From Geobacteraceae bacterium (GTDB lineage: Bacteria > Desulfobacterota > Desulfuromonadia > Geobacterales > Geobacteraceae), in contig JAMXLF010000092.1 of the NCBI GenBank assembly GCA_024281055.1, forward strand, positions 1-36,805: a DNA stretch of 36,805 bases, written 5' to 3'. Below, in pieces: positions 34,301 to 36,805 of the stretch. Below the pieces are notes generated by a model that saw nothing but the letters and a program-made list of their open reading frames with translations, was not told the origin of the DNA and ran no database searches. The stretch's first letter is position 1. The number at the start of each line of letters is the position of its first letter. Position numbers and translations under genes: made by a program.

Positions 34301-34968
34301 GTTGTGTCTGGGATCCCACCAAACCGACCACCGTCACCTTCGCCAGTGAGGGGAGCAACACCGTATATGCCTGGGCCAGGGACCCGGCGGGCAACGTGTC
34401 GGCCGAGCACGGCGTCACCGTTACCGTCACCCTGCCGCATACTCTCAACGTAAACGTGCCGGGCGCCGGCGACGGGAGCGGCAGCGTGCTGTTCGTTCAG
34501 AAAAACCAGGCGTTTTCGACCAACTACACGACCACGGTCTACAGCTTCGACCCGATCAAGCTCCAGGCCACCCCGGCCCAGTACTCGGTGTTCGGGGGGT
34601 GGTCCGGCATCTGCTCGGGCACGGGCGACTGCAACTACACGGTGCCCACGGTCGCGGCTGGTGGCAGCACCCAGACAGCCACCGCCACCTTCGATTTTGA
34701 CAGCGTCCATGAGGTCTATGTCGCTCCTACCTATTATTCAACGATACTTGGCGCCTACAACGCCCCTGCCACGACCAACGGCGCCATCATCAGGATTTGG
34801 GGGGTCGATCTCGACGAAACCCTTACGCTGGGCGGGAACAAACAGGTCACGTTGCTCGGAGGGGACAACCAGTCCCACAACGCCTATACCGGCGTCATGA
34901 CGACGGTGCAAGGGCCGATGACCATCAAGAGCGGATCGGTGACCATAGAGAATATGGTCGTCAAATAG
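31333..34968 (+). CDS. Large secreted ELWxxDGT-repeat protein with C-terminal bacterial Ig-like domains
   Basis: A perfect SD aaaaggaggg precedes ATG 31333. The signal peptide is MRNSRFQSWILLLGLSLACICGDFVADARA. There are more than 20 repeats of about 45-50 aa, each containing ELWKSDGTAAGT or a variant (the TIGR04534-type ELWxxDGT repeat). The C-terminal 350 aa contain Ig-like modules (...TPPTSAITAINSV...VTVDNTPPAVAF...). Confidence 0.85.
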   Translation: MRNSRFQSWILLLGLSLACICGDFVADARAASVPVLIKDINTTIKNNSNIRNLAAGGPTGIKLYFTAFDLAHGNELWKSDGTGAGTVMVKDIKPGTGSSYHDPDYLTYWNGFVYFEAYDPGGYWSLWKSDGTAAGTVEVSADVDPEYIVVFKGALYFSGYDDGLWKSDGTTAGTVPVKSGIGTLEDLVVVGANRLFFRQGSDLWTSDGTDAGTVLLAPGVEPDQLTNVNGTLYFYGWDDVASAYRLWTSNGTAGGTFALSYAAVPRELTDVNGTLFFQANDPVAGSSLLKLVPPAVLPTVVKSGMSNPNNLYNWNGVLYFANANGLWKSDGTLAGTVVVKSSVWPTLLTGVGGILYFNGWDNTHGYELWSSNGTTAGTAMVKDIYAGTTDSDPARLTNVNGTLFFTATEPTTGTQLWKSDGTAAGTVLVQNVSPGTQDAVPNSLFDLNGTLYFAADNDTNGNKLWQTNGTAAATSMIQGFTGVNPVPLVNANGTLYFAANADDLWKREGSNPAVLVKAGVTTDDPSKVIYINGTLYFEGWDSAHGYELWKSDGTTANTVMVKDIKAGTNNSNINGLVNRNGTLYFIATSGTDAQLWKSDGTTAGTVPVSTGVTNVTDLTLVNGKLFFSGNDASNNNALWVSDGTTVTLLANAIWPSNFTAVGNTLFFKGWTDPTGYELWKSDGTVAGTVLVKDIYPGNGDGQPANLTNVNGTLYFSVWNTWGTTDHDQLWKSDGTAAGTVVVKDLPADYGFTSINSLTSVHGILAFTFMDKGYYPTHDDSAELWISDGTDWGTVKVKDIYPGDFGSAPANLTMANTPPNGVDKEALFFTAIDPLAGKELFILDFTPPTSAITAINSVSPPPYLRGTSFVISGTTSDSMPGSGVTAMLVSTDNGLNWYSATYTPGASSWSYTWNNPADGVYTIKSQAVDLATNVQNPFASIAVTVDNTPPAVAFTMPAVYHSITVPITTFTATDTNGISHYCLTSTNSYGGCVWDPTKPTTVTFASEGSNTVYAWARDPAGNVSAEHGVTVTVTLPHTLNVNVPGAGDGSGSVLFVQKNQAFSTNYTTTVYSFDPIKLQATPAQYSVFGGWSGICSGTGDCNYTVPTVAAGGSTQTATATFDFDSVHEVYVAPTYYSTILGAYNAPATTNGAIIRIWGVDLDETLTLGGNKQVTLLGGDNQSHNAYTGVMTTVQGPMTIKSGSVTIENMVVK

Positions 34969-34992
34969 GATTGGTCTTTTATTTGACATCGG

Positions 34993-35025
34993 AACCGGGG
35001 CGAGGCATTATGACTCGCCCCGGTT
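34993..35025 (+). terminator. Hairpin downstream of the repeat-protein gene (weak terminator, no T-run)
   Basis: aaccggggcgag-gcattatgac-tcgccccggtt. Confidence 0.4.
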
Positions 35026-35092
35026 CATGTCGGGGTAATGACCGGCACGAAGAACTGAACTACAACATTCCCGGAGTACGCAGAAGGTTACA

Positions 35093-35362
35093 ATGGCTAT
35101 TGCAGGCAATCCGAAGAAAATGGCGCAGGACATCGCGGATGGCTATCACATGCTGACTCCGCCGATGCTGAAGTCCTATACCCCCGTCGACCTCAAGACC
35201 ATCATCGTCAATATCGGGATCGTTTCCCGCGAACTTCGCCAGGAGTTGATCCCGACCGATGACGTCATGGCCATCAAGGCGCGGAACATGAAGCTTTCCC
35301 GTCTTAACCAGGCGGAGATCGTCATCCAGGCTTACTGTAAAAAGCGAAGGATATCAATCTGA
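35093..35362 (+). CDS. Hypothetical protein
   Basis: An SD gaagg lies 5 nt upstream. The 89-aa ORF MAIAGNPKKMAQDIADGYHMLTPPMLK... belongs to no family I recognise. Confidence 0.4.
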   Translation: MAIAGNPKKMAQDIADGYHMLTPPMLKSYTPVDLKTIIVNIGIVSRELRQELIPTDDVMAIKARNMKLSRLNQAEIVIQAYCKKRRISI

Positions 35363-35470
35363 CACAGTGTTCCGTTTGATGGCAGAACGCTATCCTCAAT
35401 AGGGACCACGAATGCCAGAATACCCTCGACTGGCGAAAGTTTCTGGAAATGAACGGAACGGAGGTTGGCG

Positions 35471-36004
35471 ATGAAACAAACGTGGCGCATGCTATGCGGC
35501 TTGGGCCTGGTGGCGTTGTTGTCGGGATGCGCCGGAGAAATGGCTGCCTACGACTGGAAAATGCCGTTCAAGGAACCGGCGGTGCTGGAAAAATACCAGT
35601 GGGTCCTGGTCAATGTTCAGGTCCGGGAAGGTTTTAGCCTTCCCGAGCCCACACGGGAAAGGCTGGCCTCCCGGATCAACCAATATTTCAGGTCGATGCC
35701 CGGCAGGAAACTCATTCCGGTTTCGTTGGAAGGGACGGGGGAGGGAATCCTGAACGCACAGGTAGTAATCACCAGGTATGATGATGGGGTTCTTTTTGCG
35801 CGGTCGGCTTTCAGAGAACCGGACAGCATGTATATAGTCGGCGAGGTGACCCTGTCTGACGGACAATCAAAGGAAAGACTCGCGGTATTCGATGTGTCCC
35901 AAACCTACGACCGGTCGCGTACATTCGGCGGCCTGACGACAATCGATGAACTCGAACCCCAGTTCGCCCAAGGCGTGGTTGCCGGCATTACTCAGCAACC
36001 TTAA
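35471..36004 (+). CDS. Lipoprotein (LSGC lipobox), hypothetical
   Basis: An SD ggagg lies 6 nt before ATG 35471. MKQTWRMLCGLGLVALLSGCAGE is a signal peptide with a lipobox Cys. Confidence 0.65.
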   Translation: MKQTWRMLCGLGLVALLSGCAGEMAAYDWKMPFKEPAVLEKYQWVLVNVQVREGFSLPEPTRERLASRINQYFRSMPGRKLIPVSLEGTGEGILNAQVVITRYDDGVLFARSAFREPDSMYIVGEVTLSDGQSKERLAVFDVSQTYDRSRTFGGLTTIDELEPQFAQGVVAGITQQP

Positions 36005-36247
36005 TGAGACTGATTCTTCGTCCATTGAACACAGCATTTCACTGGCCTCCATGGCGATGAGCGGGGACCGGCAATTTTTTTGAGGCCGGGAAAAATGCCG
36101 AACAAAAGCGGTTTGTCCCTGCATCATCCGGCGGGCAGCCGGTCCCTTCCCCGTGGCGTTTCATTAGATATTAAAATAAAATAATGTTTGCAATTTTTCT
36201 GTTAATTTTCTCCTCCGTTACCGTTATAGTACCTCGCGGAGGTTGAC

Positions 36248-36685
36248 ATGGACACGTATACCATCGACATCGAACTCGAGCATTATTTTGGCGACCGGCT
36301 TGCCATGGGCAACAGGGATGCCTGCCGCCGCTTCTATTTCCGGGCAGCTGCCCGGTTCCAGGGGGCGGAGCTGGACAACTACCTGAGACGGGTGATGGCC
36401 CATGCGCGGGCGTACGCCTCGATTCACCGGATGTTCCAGTCGCCGTTGCGGCACATGGAAGCGCCTCTCTTTCTGTCCAGCCTCATTCTTTTCGTCGCAG
36501 GCGTCGTCGTCATCCTCTTGGGGAATTTCTCGCTCCTCGTGGCCTGTGGGACCTCCGCCGGGCTGGTCGGGATGGCCAGTTGCGCCCGCCAGTTGGCGGA
36601 CTTATGGCGGCGGCATGGGGTGAAGGAAGCGGTATATTGCGAGTTGGCGGAAAGCCTGCAACAGATGTCCGAGAAAAACGGCTAG
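36248..36685 (+). CDS. Hypothetical membrane protein
   Basis: An SD ggagg precedes ATG 36248, behind an AT-rich upstream leader. A central hydrophobic stretch LFLSSLILFVAGVVVILLGNFSLLVACGTSAGLVGMA is present. Confidence 0.55.
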   Translation: MDTYTIDIELEHYFGDRLAMGNRDACRRFYFRAAARFQGAELDNYLRRVMAHARAYASIHRMFQSPLRHMEAPLFLSSLILFVAGVVVILLGNFSLLVACGTSAGLVGMASCARQLADLWRRHGVKEAVYCELAESLQQMSEKNG

Positions 36686-36740
36686 TGTCTTGTGCGGTTA
36701 GTTATATCTAAATATTATCAAGTGTGCTATTGTACTTTTC

Positions 36741-36805
36741 ATGGCACGCACACCCGAAAACTATGAATTGACAGTGGCCGACCGGCAAGCGCTTGAAGCA
36801 CTGCT
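36741..36805 (+). CDS. Possible 5' end of a gene running off the window (MARTPENYELTVADRQALEAL...)
   Basis: The frame from ATG 36741 stays open to the end of the window. There is no clear SD. Confidence 0.2.
   Translation, partial: MARTPENYELTVADRQALEAL

Noticed and set aside
32518-34710. Long minus-strand ORFs 32518..33510 and 33598..34710
   Set aside because: They are antisense to the ELWxxDGT repeat-protein gene. The repeats generate long open antisense frames.
1-36805. CRISPR arrays, tRNA or rRNA genes, integrases, transposases and IS elements
   Set aside because: I scanned for regularly spaced direct repeats, for cloverleaf-like GC-rich 75-90-nt segments in the intergenic regions, and for integrase or transposase motifs (DDE, R..H..R..Y). 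None was found. The repeats that are present are terminator or REP hairpins.

Overview
This 36.8-kb window looks like a chromosomal segment from a high-GC deltaproteobacterium of the Geobacter type (Desulfuromonadota). The evidence is the recurring 'aaagcccgccaaaagcgggcttt' intrinsic-terminator family and a gene content that includes rubrerythrins, PilZ response regulators and an ELWxxDGT repeat protein. The region is accessory-like rather than core.

It begins inside the 3' end of acnB. It then carries a visibly AT-rich, clearly foreign 2.3-kb gene encoding a TPR-like plus metallo-beta-lactamase-fold protein, with its own promoter. After that comes a dense run of small toxin-antitoxin-like modules: a DUF4160/DUF2442 pair, a BrnA-like orphan antitoxin, a HigB/HigA pair whose toxin is frameshifted in an A8 tract, a RelE/RelB pair, and a decayed DUF4160 remnant.

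Housekeeping and stress genes are also present: msrA, rubrerythrin, reverse rubrerythrin, a catalase-related peroxidase, mutM, an FKBP-type PPIase, YaiI and YaeQ. There is an SPFH/SHOCT protein with a zinc-ribbon partner. Two paralogous receiver-PilZ proteins sit beside different partners (an M23 peptidase and a spermidine-synthase-like methyltransferase). A second AT-rich islet at about 24.0-26.05 kb carries an HTH regulator and small Cys/His-rich and hydrophobic ORFs. A 1211-aa secreted ELWxxDGT-repeat protein with Ig-like domains follows, plus several lipoproteins and outer-membrane proteins.

I see no rRNA, tRNA, CRISPR array, transposase or integrase. Several listed long ORFs (for example 13876..15633-, 21060..22871+, 22186..23496-, 29710..30891-, 10525..11697-) are antisense artefacts of real genes in GC-rich DNA.
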